64,000 nucleotides of DNA, from assembly GCA_973851085.1 (NCBI GenBank), contig OZ316775.1:16430001-16494000 (forward strand), written 5' to 3'. A program made the translations under genes and the position numbers. Numbering within the stretch: the first letter of the stretch is position 1; each line of letters opens with the position of its first letter. Positions 27,057 to 38,963 of this stretch are shown here, in pieces. This DNA comes from Ptychomitrium polyphyllum. Taxonomy: Eukaryota. Below the pieces are notes generated by a model. The model did no database searches. It saw nothing but the letters and a program-made list of their open reading frames with translations, and was not told the DNA's origin.

Positions 27057-27710
27057 TGATGTGTCATCAACAACCGTTAGCTTCACAGAGAAGTTTTTCC
27101 TTCATAGACAAATATAAGAAGGGAGGAGAGATATCCAAACCTTCAATTGTATGCAGCATTATTTCCAAGATAGATCATTTCTAGATCCTAGCCAGTATGT
27201 CAAATCTTTGTATTATCATGGATATGCGTGAAGAGCAGTTGGCCATGCCTTCATCAAGAATAGTATCTATTGAGCCAATTCAACTTTCTCAATCCTCGGT
27301 AACAAAGGATCTAAGTCAAGATATGAGAGGGACATCCCAACGTCGAGTACGACCTCGTACAAAAGTATTAACTAGTCGCCCTTTACATTCCAGTCTTGAT
27401 TCAAATGCTCACACTCTGGTCATTTTGTTAAAAATTGGAAGAGTCACTCCTAGAGGACCCAAAATCTTGTTTGGAGGATATTTTGAAAGACTTAATCAAG
27501 ATCAGATCTTGAGATGGGACATTTCAACAACACAAGTCTTGGCTGGTGGTCATTGACGCTTCTTACAAGGACCAGTTGAACCAGTGAACAAAGAACAACG
27601 AGCAGAGTATGTTGCTTCACTCCTTCGACAAATTTTGGAATTTGTAGAAATGTGACAAGCAAGCTAAGAAAACAACTCCTCATAGAACTCGTTGCTAAAT
27701 GGAGAGGTGA

Positions 27711-28251
27711 TGTCACGGACATAAATCATGCAACATAGTCTTTAGAACATTTTAGAACCTTCTAGTATACTATAATAGCTTTTTAGAATACTTTTAGATG
27801 TCTCCATAGCATTTTTATGTTTTTAGGAAGCTTTCTAGGAAAGTTCCTCCACCTTAGGAAACTTCCTAGGAAGGTTCCATCACCATAGGAAACTTCCTAG
27901 AAAGGTTCCATCACCATAGGAACCTTCTAAGGAAGGTTTCAACTCCTTGGAAGCTTCCAAAGAAGGTTCCAACATCTTAGGAAAATTCTTGGGAAGGTTC
28001 CTTAGACTTCTAGAACATTTTTAAGCCTTGTAGGAAGCTTCTTTAGAAGTATCCTAGGAGATACAAACGTCCTAGTATAAATAAGAGGCAAGACAAGGTA
28101 TTCCTTAGTCTTGCCAACACAAGTTGTGGATCATCTTGAATCCTGCCTTGTTCTAGTCTTTGTATCAAAGTTCTTGTTAATCATTAGCTCTTTGGAAGCT
28201 AATTCTTGGAAAACACTTCGTTTCTGCTTCTTGTTTCTTGTGTCCCTAACA
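27711..28251 (+). repeat. 3' LTR (TGTCA...TAACA, about 540 bp) with an internal ~30-bp tandem array
   Basis: Follows the PPT; TG...CA termini; TATAAATA near 28076; repeated AGGAAACTTCCTAGGAAGGTTCCATCACCAT-like units at about 27826-28040. Confidence 0.8.
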
Positions 28252-29882
28252 CCACCAAGCAATCAAATGAGAGGTTATTACCATTTGGCGCTTGGAAAAT
28301 TAACATCTTCTGAACTACATGGTTATCCACTTATCATTCACCTATCATCACCTAATCCATTCACTTAAGTCTTTTCAACAAGTCAACTAGAATAAAAACT
28401 AAAAGAATGCTACACTAACATCAATCTAATTGTATACTAAAACCACAAAATAACCATACAAAAGCCTACAACTTAAACCATATGTATCCACATCACAACA
28501 ATATGGTGTATCTTCCTTCTTACATTGGAAGTTCCAAATGTGCTACAGTTGATCATACTTCAAGCCTTCATATTAATTTTCTAAATGTGTTATAAACAAT
28601 TGTAATGGATTAAACACTAGTGAAACTTTTACTACAAATTGAGCCACATATATAGGTGGCCTCATCCTTAATAAGGCAGATGGATTGCTAACCCTTGATA
28701 ATGGTCCAACCTTTAAAGCCTTTTGCTTTGTATTTTTATATATTTGGGAAATGAAATTGGCAACTAATTCTACTTTAAGGTCAAAGATGAATTCTATATA
28801 GAACTTTTAATAGCAGTCTATCTGGTACACTTGGAGCAATTGCTTTTTAGTCCATCTCTCATAAGTCTAAAGTGCACCATGTTCCAATTGTTGTGGCACT
28901 AATCCAAATATACACCAATCATTGAAGTTGAAGGATTGTTGACATTTTTTTTTTCATGAGGACCAAAGCTTGAGCTTCTCATTAGGCAAGAAAATGTGCT
29001 AGCTTATCTAAAGAAATAATCCTTCTCTATATTGCAAGGATCATCTGCCATTTTATCAAGTGTTCTAATATTCAAAACTATAAGCTTCTAAATGGTGTTC
29101 AATGTCAAAGTAGATTGAAAAGCCTTGTTCTTATCTACTATTGGCTTAATCTCCTCATTGAGATCACTTCTTTAATAGTTTGGTGATGGAAATCAATAAT
29201 ATTAATAATTAGTTTTTATTATATAAGAGATTACTTGGATACATGCAACTATCTAAACACTTAGGGCCAAATTATATTTGCCATCACCACCACATTTATA
29301 ATTGACCTTTGAATTACTACAATTTAAACAAACACCGCCCGCTTGGTGTATACAAAAGAATTTTGTTGGCCATTAATCCAACCTCATTTCTATAACATGC
29401 CTATAAAATACAAACAAATACAACACAAAATGAGTCAACATTGTAAACTAATGGCAACAATGCTAGCCATATTATTAAAAAGATATCAAATATAAAATCC
29501 AATAATCAAAAACCATATTCTGTTTCAAACAACAAATTACATATTTCAAACTGAAATAGAGCTATTTTCACTTGCTTGCAATAGATGGTTAAAAATCACA
29601 CAAACATGAGCCAAAAAAAATTAAAATGGCATTAAAAGTGTTCCATGCATTCAATAATCACTAAGTATAATATTAGAATTAAAAAAAATTCCATTGTGCT
29701 TTAATGAAACTTTTAAAGTAAATACATTCAAATTGAATATAATATTAAAGATAATTGAGTTTAAAACAAAAAAATTAAAAACTAAAAGAGAAATAGAATA
29801 TAAGATTATATAAAGTCATGTGGACTTTGTTATTAAGGGCATAGGATTCCATTAGCTATAAGCAAGTTTACCCCCAAGCAAT

Positions 29883-30218
29883 TGTTACATACATATATCA
29901 CGTTGTATAGTCTTGAAAAACCTTGTAGTTTTTAATAGCTTCTGCAACCTTCCACTTCTTTAAAAAAACTTCTTAAAAAGATTCAAAAACCTTTAGAACA
30001 TTTTATAGTTTTATAGAAAGCTTCTATAGAAGTATTTTAGAAAGCATAGGCTTCATGGTATTAATTAGAGGCAAGAAGAGGCATACCTTAGTCTTATAAA
30101 TATAAAATTTGTGAAGCACATCTTTTGTATTGCTTCGTTTTTAATTCTTGTTATTTAATACTCATTTAGAGGCTCATTTTTGAGACTACTTCTTGTCTAG
30201 TTTCTTATATTCCTAACA
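29883..30218 (+). mobile_element. Degenerate solo LTR related to the 27711-28251 LTR
   Basis: TGTTACA start and TCCTAACA end; shares the AGAGGCAAGA..GGYAT.CCTTAGTCTT block and T-rich 3' part with the 27711 LTR; no clean TSD. Confidence 0.6.
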
Positions 30219-32852
30219 ATAGCCCATTAGTGTTGTTTTTTATTATCAAATGGCTTGCAAGTGTATCAACCACTTCATGATTTGTAGTAATGAGCTATAA
30301 GTTGAAAGCAATATTTGCAAGCTCTAAGTGGAGGCTTAGGGCTTAGCTTGTTTGTAGATATAGTAGAGAATTTTAAAATTGTAATATTGAATTAGGTATT
30401 GAGATCCAAAAAATAAAATGAATGAAGATATTTGTTCTTCCTTCAATTCTAAATCCCAAATTCTTTTTTAAGCAGATATGGACTTGAAAGAAAATTAAAA
30501 AATAAAATTCAATAGTTCAAAAATTGCAAGAAATTCTCAAATCTTTTGTTGAGTGAACAAAGAAGAAATCATAACACTTAAATTAGAAAACTTTCAATTT
30601 ACAAAGGAAAAATCCAAAAGTGCAAGTGATAGAGAAATCCTAATTTTACTTAATGGCTAAACCACCATATTTAAGCAAACTACAATAAGATCTCTCAAAA
30701 ATACTTTCAAAAACACTCTTAAAATCAGACTTGATAAGAAATGTCAAGTGAAAAGAACATTTCCACCTAATACCTCCAAATCCTAATTGGTACTAACAAA
30801 GTCAATGAACATGAAGTTCGTATTAAATAAATGAAATGCTTCCTAAATTCAATAATATTACATTACTTTGACATGGCTTGGCACTCAGTGTCACATCACA
30901 TGACAGTATTTTTCTATGTCACATGGGACAACAGTATTGGCTTCAAGGTTCTAGCATACAATGACAAAGGAGTCAGTTTTGGAGAGTTTTCTACACAAGA
31001 AGTCACTCTTTTCTGCTTGGACACTTTTAGACCAGTTCCAGCACGCTGACAAGCCAGAATCACTGTGGTCTGAGTACAACCCTACAGGGTACAACATTCA
31101 AAAAACAATTTATGTTTAACTGGTTAAGTCTAATAAAGAATCCTGGCTGCAATTTGCAAAAAACTTCCCGTACGCTGTGGATAACAGGTGCGGCAAGAAA
31201 GTGCAATATGGAATTCAACAACCCCGGCTGCTTCCACTTGAACACAACCAAGAACCGTGCCTCGAGTTTATCCTCTTAAGCTTCTCCTTTCAGCGGGGTT
31301 TTACTGCGACAGTTTGGTAGTGAGCACTTTGAAGTGACGAATTTATGTCTTGCATAAGCATTGTTCTAAGGAAGTGCAGTAGAACACAACCAACTCATTC
31401 AATGCTCTGCTCTCAACTATTTCTTCTGTTTCTTTAACTTGTGTGCAATATTTAATCCAATACAAGGTGAATAAGAGTTTTCAAAGTTGTCCAATCAAAG
31501 GTGTTAGTGTAGAAGTACGTCCAATGTTTTCAATATCTCTACTATGATTGAAACTATCTTGATAAATATCGGTCTTAAATCTACGTACGAGTAGAGCAGC
31601 ATACTATTTAATCACCCATATGTGTACCTTGCCATCAGTTTCAAAATGTCTTTCACAAGGCAAGTGCGATCAACAGAACTGATAGAATACCTAGATGAGT
31701 GAACTCTCCTCAGACGAACCCTCCCTTCAATATTTGAATACTATCTGTAACACGAAACAGTTCCTAACTACATTTGGGGCTCTCCACCACTGGAAGTGTC
31801 CCTGACTTCTTTGAGCAACCGGAAAAGCTGTGGTTGTCATTGAAGCGATGGCGCCTGGCACATGACCCTGCAAAGACAAGAAAGCCATGACATGTTCAAA
31901 TCATTAAACAAGATATTCCTGTAAAAGAAATGCAGAAGAACATTAAGAACTCGTTTTCAAGCTGCTCAAAGCTAGGGACCGCACATAAACCATCAATGTG
32001 AAGAATTTAAACTCAGAAAAAGTCAAAATGTGGTGAAAAGGGTTACACCGTAAAAGCGTAGCATTCTTAGGAGGAAAATATAACTTCTGACTTTTACCCA
32101 GAATTACCAGATGGCCGTCAACTATACCAGTATTCTGCACCTCAGAATTCTGTTTAACCCAGTTTCGAGCCCTCATTAACCTATAAGGTGAAGGAAGCAT
32201 ATAAGATAACACATTTCCAGGGCGTTTTTCTTTTATCGTATGCAGCATTTTTCTCTAATGAAGCTCAGATTTTTATCTTTACAGGGTACTCAGGCAAGTG
32301 CACAACCATCTGACCTCGAACCACTAGCTTCTGACTATTTCTGTGCACGAGACTTATCACCAAATACGAGAAAAGTATGACTATTCATTAAGACTACTTC
32401 AACTCTTCAATATATTATGTCCATATCCTCGAATTCAATATGGGCAGTATGGGCAGACATAGATGAAACAATAAAAACAATAAAGAACACATTAAACAGT
32501 TACAAAATTTATAAGCAGCAGAGACAACATCCTTCAAGTATGCTCAGAAAGTCTAAGAGAAAGTGCAAAGAAAACAATCCAGGGCATCAAAAATTGCTTC
32601 TCTCGAGAACTGCTGCAAGAACACACCAAAAGTACGCATTACCATAAACTAATACAAATCAGCACACAAAGAGCATAACTTCCCAAGAGGTTTATATACC
32701 TGTATGCGGCAAAAGTGATCCTCCTTCGGTGGATTAAAAAACAAGTTGCAGAAGCAGAGAAGCGCCCACGAAATCAAAAAAATACCACCAGGCTCTCTGA
32801 AACTGCATACCATACAATCACCGTCATGTAAGGGTGACCTGTATGAAATTCA

Positions 32853-34246
32853 TTACCACCGTTGAAAATCTTCCCCAAGATAATATTTCTTCACGTAGAG
32901 ATCTTGGTACAGCTCTTCAGGATCTCCGGAAGCCATAACACAGCCGTTATGAACCATGTATGCACGATCGCAAATTCGAAGAGTCTCGTTGACGTTATGG
33001 TCTGTAATCAGTATACCCATCCCATCCTCATCGCACAAACGCCGCAACTGCTTCTGGATTTCGGAAACTCCTATAGGGTCTACTCCAGCAAACGGTTCAT
33101 CCACAAGCAAAACATCTGGGGGCCCTCCCGAACAGTTTGAGGCCAAAGCGCGCGCCAGCTCTGTGCGCCGCCGCTCGCCTCCTGAGAGAGCTCTCCCCAT
33201 TGTGTGCTCCACTGCTTGCAAAGAAAACTCCTCAAGAAGCTCCTGCACTCTACGTGCGTGCTGTGCACGCGGTACTCCTGTCTCTTGAAGTACAAGAAGA
33301 ATGTTATGATGCACTGATAGTCCACGAAAAACACTTGCTTCCTGCCACATACATTGCAATTCAATATAGTTGTCGTGCAATTTATAATGTGAAAGCCATT
33401 GCGCACTTTGCCTGAAATAGACTCCCACTTGCCCAAACAAAGTGTTCAATATTTCTGGAGCGTTGACATAACGTATGCAGATCCAAAACCTCAGGGTTTC
33501 TTCAAGCAACATCTGCTTACCGTCAAACAGAATTTGATCAAAATGGAATACATCTAGTACTGAGCTCTGAAAGGCAAACAGTTGCCTTGGAACTCATTAA
33601 GAAACCGAAGAGCGGAGTACTCATTCGTAAAGCTTTACGGGATTGGAATCAGACCCAGAACTAAATGTAGACCACATCGATGCATCAAACTCATCTCCCA
33701 CTCTCAGCCCTAAAATCATCTAGATTGTTTCAGGTGGAAAGCAATGAAGGAACCTGAGTCAGATAACCAATCCCAAGACGCGCGCGATGCGGTAGCGAGA
33801 GCATGGTGATGTCCAAGGGTCCTAAGAAAACGGAACCTCCACTAGGTCGCTCTCGGCCCACCATAATGTTGAACGTCGTGCTCTGAGACGAAGACGTCGA
33901 CAACATGCACGATTTAGGCTACTCTCAGAAGCAAAAATCGGAACTCAAAAAGCTTTGTACAGGGGCTTTTGCGAAAGGACGTCCAAAATTTTACCTTCCC
34001 GGCTCCATTGGGCCCCAATAACCCCACGATCTCCCCTCGCCGCACGCTCATCGATATACCGTCCACCACCTTGCGCCCCCCATAGCTCTTGCTCACGTTA
34101 TCCATGCGCAAATTCACCTTCTCGATCTCCTCGGCCCTCTCGGCGTTGTGTGCCAGTGCATCGCCACGCTCGCCTCCCGTCGATGCAATTGCCACCGGCG
34201 TGAGCTTCGACAATGACCTCGTCGTCATCACCCTCATCGTCGTCAT
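32853..34246 (-). CDS. lptB-like: LptB-like ABC-transporter ATPase (stand-alone nucleotide-binding domain); exons 34246(start uncertain)-33995, 33882-33754, 33341-32853
   Basis: [32 protein letters not shown] (Walker A split by an intron), [21 protein letters not shown] (Q-loop), [21 protein letters not shown] (Walker B/D-loop), [17 protein letters not shown] (H-switch), C-terminal YYLGEDF. These motifs are characteristic of LptB/YhbG. Confidence 0.88.
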
Positions 34247-34559
34247 CGTCGTCGTCTTCACTCATAGTTGTGGAGATGAACGTCGCCACATCAATCGACT
34301 TGCACCTCAATCTCCACCACTCACATACAACTCTGGCGATGAGCTCGCCAGATAAGGCGATGATCGATTTGGTTGCTAAACCTCGGCAACACTACAATCG
34401 TCGCCTGCTATCCGTGTCGGAGGAGCTACTTTATCTTTAGTCCTAGTCCTCGCCAACACAGAACCCACTTTCCCCGCCGTCGCATAGAAAACATCAACCC
34501 CCATCTCTTCCGACAACATCATCACAGCCTCCTCTTATCTCTTCCACGTCGACCCCCAC

Positions 34560-35128
34560 AGTCTCTCAATATAAAATAGTGCCTGCAACTGTCACGTAGC
34601 GTCTGCCCATTGCCCCGGTCCACCTATCAGCCGCTTCTTCCTAGGGTTTCCTGCGCCAGTCTTCTTCCTGCTTTTGACAAAGTCGTTATGTGTTCCATCT
34701 TTCGTGTCCAGCACGAGCTCCAATGCAACTTCACAACAGAGAATTCTATTCATTTCGTTTCATTCCACTGTATCATAAGTGACCGGCATCGTAGTATTTA
34801 CGGTTGCCGGGTATCATTAGCAACATGGATTGGTTGGGCCTCACTTTCTCACTGTCATCAAAGTGCAACCTTTGCGTGGTGGAGAGCTCGCTACGTCGCC
34901 CTGCCAATTCAGTGATGGCGAAGGAAGACTAGATTGCACCGCAACACCGCATCTTTGCTTGGCAACCAATGTGTTGTTTCGAGTTTCCTATTAATCATCT
35001 GGACGTCATTTGAGGCATGCAAGCGATCTTCGCTCACAAATCTTGAATCCCAAATTTGAAGTTAGTTGCAGACGAAGGGCAGGAAAGGTGCCTTCTTGTG
35101 TAGAATTCGGGTCTTTGTTAGTTCGAGG
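34560..35128. promoter_or_regulatory. Putative bidirectional promoter between the LptB-like and GST-Iota genes
   Basis: Divergent start codons are under 0.9 kb apart; CpG-retaining; telo-box TAGGGTTT at 34642-34649, site-II TGGGCC at 34835-34840, ACGT cores. Confidence 0.45.
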
Positions 35129-37549
35129 ATGCTGTCATCTGTGGATTCGCTTCTGCACTCCTCATTGATTTCAGCTGCAGCTACCAAGCAGCCGCAATTC
35201 GCTTGGAGCGCTCATCTTGATCTGGGACAGGTATCGAAGCTACATTTGAATGTGAATTCAAACCCTCCTGTGGAGTGGAAAGCTCGTACAGCTTTGGGAG
35301 GATGCGGGTTAGTGCAGAGGAGGCGTGAGAAGGTAGTTAAGTCTACGGCTATGGCGACTTCCGTGGATGCAAGTGCAGGGAAGACCTTGGAATCATGGGA
35401 AGCGCTTGCTGGAATGCTGGGCAAGGACGAGTCGCCGGAGCGGCTGCCGATTATGAAGAGGAGAATGTTCGAGGACGGGCAGGAGCCGGCACTCGTGTTC
35501 TACAGGGACAACTCAAGCTGGTGCCCTTATTGTGAGCGGGTATGGCTGCAGCTGGAGGAGAAGAGAATTCCTTACGAGGTGGAGAAGATCAACATGCGGT
35601 GTTACGGCGAGAAGCCCGCTTGGTTTACGAAGATGGTGCCCTCTGGTTTGCTCCCTGTGTTGGAGCTGGACGGGAAGATTATCACAGAGAGCATGGACAT
35701 CATGCTCCTAATTGAGCACAAGTTTCCAGATCACAATCCCCTGTTACCGTCCGGAGGCCCCGAGCTTGCTGCAGTGGACGCATTGTTAGGGCTGGAGCGG
35801 CGCCTGGCGGGTGCATGGATGAATCGTCTACGAAGCTCGTGGCCGGACATGAACGGGTTTGAGAACACCATGGATAAAGTGAACTCAGCGTTGCAACGAT
35901 TTGGAGGACCGTACTTCCTTGGCAGTAAGGTTAGATATTCTTCCAACTAATTATGCGCATCTCTTTCTTTCTAGAGATTGTGACAATACGTGTTCTGTCT
36001 GTTTGGATGTTGTAAGGTACTGCCCCTCACTCTAAACTGCAGCAAGGGTTTATTGAGGGAAATTTGTAATCGCTTTCTTTACGTGCTCTGGCTTGGAATT
36101 CGATTGACTTTCTTCATGCATTACTGTAAGCATTAATTTGCTTGATCGTGTTTGCTGTGATTTGCATTTCTGTCGACGTCAGTTTTAGTCCTACTTAAAA
36201 GGCTCATGATTTTGAATGAATTGCTTTATTAATTGATCTAGATAGTGTCAACTATTTCATATCCTTCAATCTTGCCTCATCAAGCATTAGGTTTTATCTT
36301 TGTGCTCAGAAATATGTAAGATAGTTATCAAAGACTTAGGCAGAGTTTTAGATTTTTAGCACAATTCTTAGACTCCCCCTTCTCCCCTCCCTGTTCCCTC
36401 GTTTTTGGATGTTATTGAATTTCATTATCCAGAGTCAAGCTCCTATTGTAGATGCTATAATAATACGTAGAGTTATTACAGTTAAAATAATATGCAGAGC
36501 TAAGATAATATGCTTTGTTCCCTTACCTAGAGATGGCTACAGACGAGTATACAACCACCAAACTGCTGCAAATGTACCCTGTAATCTTGATGTTCTAACT
36601 CTATATCATCACAGCTTTCCTGATACTTCTTTCCTCGTTCGACCACATATTCCACCACATTATGGATGAGTTATGCCCATTAGAGGCGGTGCTGAAGTAG
36701 AATCCCAGTTCTTTCCTGCTTTCCTCAATGTTGTGCACCTGATTTGATTGTATATTAAATTTATAATGCGGTCTGAAGCAGGATTTTTAAGTTCTTATAA
36801 CTTTGGTTAATGAACGAGCTTGCCGATCCTTTATGAATTGCTTGTTATGAAGAGGAGAAACAACTGTTAAGTAATTGAGAACTTGGTCGTGACTGCAGTT
36901 TTCGATGGTTGATGCTGTGTACGCACCATTCCTGGAGAGGATAGCGGCAAGTATGCCCTACTGGCCAGGTGTCAAAGTTAGAGGAAACGACCGGTGGCCC
37001 TTTGTGAATCTATGGTTTGATGCCATGGACTCCCGACCGGCGTATCAAGCCATGAAATCCGATGATTTCACTCACACTCACGATCTAGAGCCTCAAATCG
37101 GCCCATGCAGGTCAGCACCTGCAGGACAAGCATACCGAGATATGATTAATGGAAAGGACGGAAGCTGGGACTTGCCACTTAAACCTGAAGAGACTGCGTG
37201 GGGATTTGACGACGGGACAGGGAAAGGTGGAGCGAAAGAGCAAGCAGCAAGGACGCTCATAACTAACCACGAGAAGGTTGTGAGTTTCGCTTTGAGAGGG
37301 GTAAAAGATGGAGAAAAATATAGAGAGATGGTAGACCTTGCATTTCATCTTGTTGCCAATGCTCTTATGTCGGGTGTAGAGAATGTACCAGGCAGTGTTA
37401 ATCCATCCACTTTTCCACCACAAGTCGTTGTTGCAGCAGCTTATTTGAGAGACAGAGTTGGCGTTCCTCGAGATATGTCCTATCCGGCAGCTCGACAGCT
37501 CCGTGCTCATCTGAATTGGTTGATACGTTCGTTAGGGTCTGATTTATAG
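35129..37549 (+). CDS. GSTI: Cys-type glutathione transferase, Iota class, with probable plastid transit peptide; exons 35129-35929, 36899-37549
   Basis: YRDNSSWCPYCERVWLQLEEKRIPY..EKINMRCYG, PSGLLPVLELDG..ITES, GPYFLG|FSMVD..YAPFLER, C-terminal YLRDRVGVPRDMSYPAARQLRAHL; Ser/Ala-rich N-terminal extension. Confidence 0.85.
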
Positions 37550-38963
37550 AATGGAATTTGAACTTTGTTGGCAGCATGAACTAGAGAATTCCATATTGTT
37601 CTTGATTTTTGGGTTCTCCTTATAAGGAGTCCCTTGTAAGCTTGCAATGTAGAATATTTACGCTTTCAATGGGCACCAACTCGCTAATTCGTTCAGGTTG
37701 CGATGTCTGATTTGTCTTGTTTGTATATTGTTGCTTGTCATGTTTAGAAATTTCTCATTAGAGCACTACTTCTGGATTTCCACTTTTGTGGCTGGATTAA
37801 TGGCCTCTACTTTTAGGTGCGCATATTAGGACTCCAGATTGGACGCATGATCATGTTCACAGCGTAATTACAGAGGAAGGTTTCTATGTTGTACGGAACA
37901 ACGGTCTTTGTCTGCATTGTTGTTAGTGTTTGTTCTTTACAGTTTCTACCTCGGTCTGCAAGACATAACGACTGCTTTTAAGAATGTATCAAGTCTCCAT
38001 TATTACTTCAGACAGTTTTTTATTCCATCTATTGATGGTTGGCAGCAGGAAGAGGTGCGCTGCAATGATCTTTAAAGAACCGAGTACGTGATCATGTTCG
38101 GGTGTGTCTGTTTCATCATGACTGCAGCCATTTCTTGAGATCAATTCAGTAGCTTCTCTGTACATGATCTAGTCTTGTCTGCCCTACCTGAGACTTCGAT
38201 TTCACCTGAAAAGGTAGTAGAAATTCACCCGACTTGGCAACAGGTTCTGTACTGTGTACTGTTCTACAGAAAACACTTCCTCAAAGCTGACTGCTTTTAC
38301 AATTTATTGTCAAGCTCTCAAAGTCAGTAAGCAAATCCCTTCCTTGCTGCAATAAACAAGACGTAAGAACTAAATATTAATCTTTAGACACGATTTACAC
38401 GCCCAAAAAAGATTCTCCATTTTCTCGAATTATTTCGTGAGGTTCATGGTTAGGCTGAGCATCATTTACCTCCACTCACTCACCATGATTTTCTTCCCTT
38501 GAAGCTCAAAAGTCGCTGCCGAGCTTGCAGGGAAAGGCTTATTGCGTGGACTGAGACAAACTGTTGATTCAAGTAACATATACCTCCTATCCAAACTCCA
38601 GTGTTATCTCTTCCCGAAGTCCCTAATCCCAGAACCCAGGAATCCAATGCCTGTGCTCCAACAGTTAACTCTCACACAAGCAATTTGCTGCAGACAGTAA
38701 ATGCTATTGATAGCCGAGTCCAACCCTCCTCCACAAGACAGTAACATTGATGGCGGTAGCCGAATTTGCCAAATTTGCCAACTACAAACTGTAACGTTCC
38801 CTGTTGGCCTGTAACAAGCCAAAACCTGCAGTCCAATATAATCCTCGCCGTGATGTTCTAATATAATAATACGATGCAGCCAACCAGGAGCATCTTTCCC
38901 ACTTCCGAAGGTCCTATTTCCATTATGCCACAGATAAATGGGCCCTCGTCTTCGGACTTAACT

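Larger units (their letters stand above)
25484..28251 (+). mobile_element. 5'-truncated, decayed Ty3/gypsy chromovirus LTR retrotransposon (RNase H end, integrase, chromodomain, 3' spacer ORF, PPT, 3' LTR)
   Basis: DAL(S)RR RNase H end near 25484; HHCC zinc finger (HDFPAAGHFG...YWWPQM...SCDTCARAK); core SMDFITDLP, DRGPQF, HPQTDGQTE; GPF and HPVFHVSLL; chromodomain EYEVEEISDSR...EYLIYWQGY; purine tract AAATGGAGAGGTGA immediately before TGTCA at 27711. Confidence 0.93.

Noticed and set aside
32853..34246. Bacterial contamination as the source of the LptB-like sequence
   Set aside because: The coding sequence is split by GT-AG introns at Walker A and the Q-loop and is contiguous with plant genes
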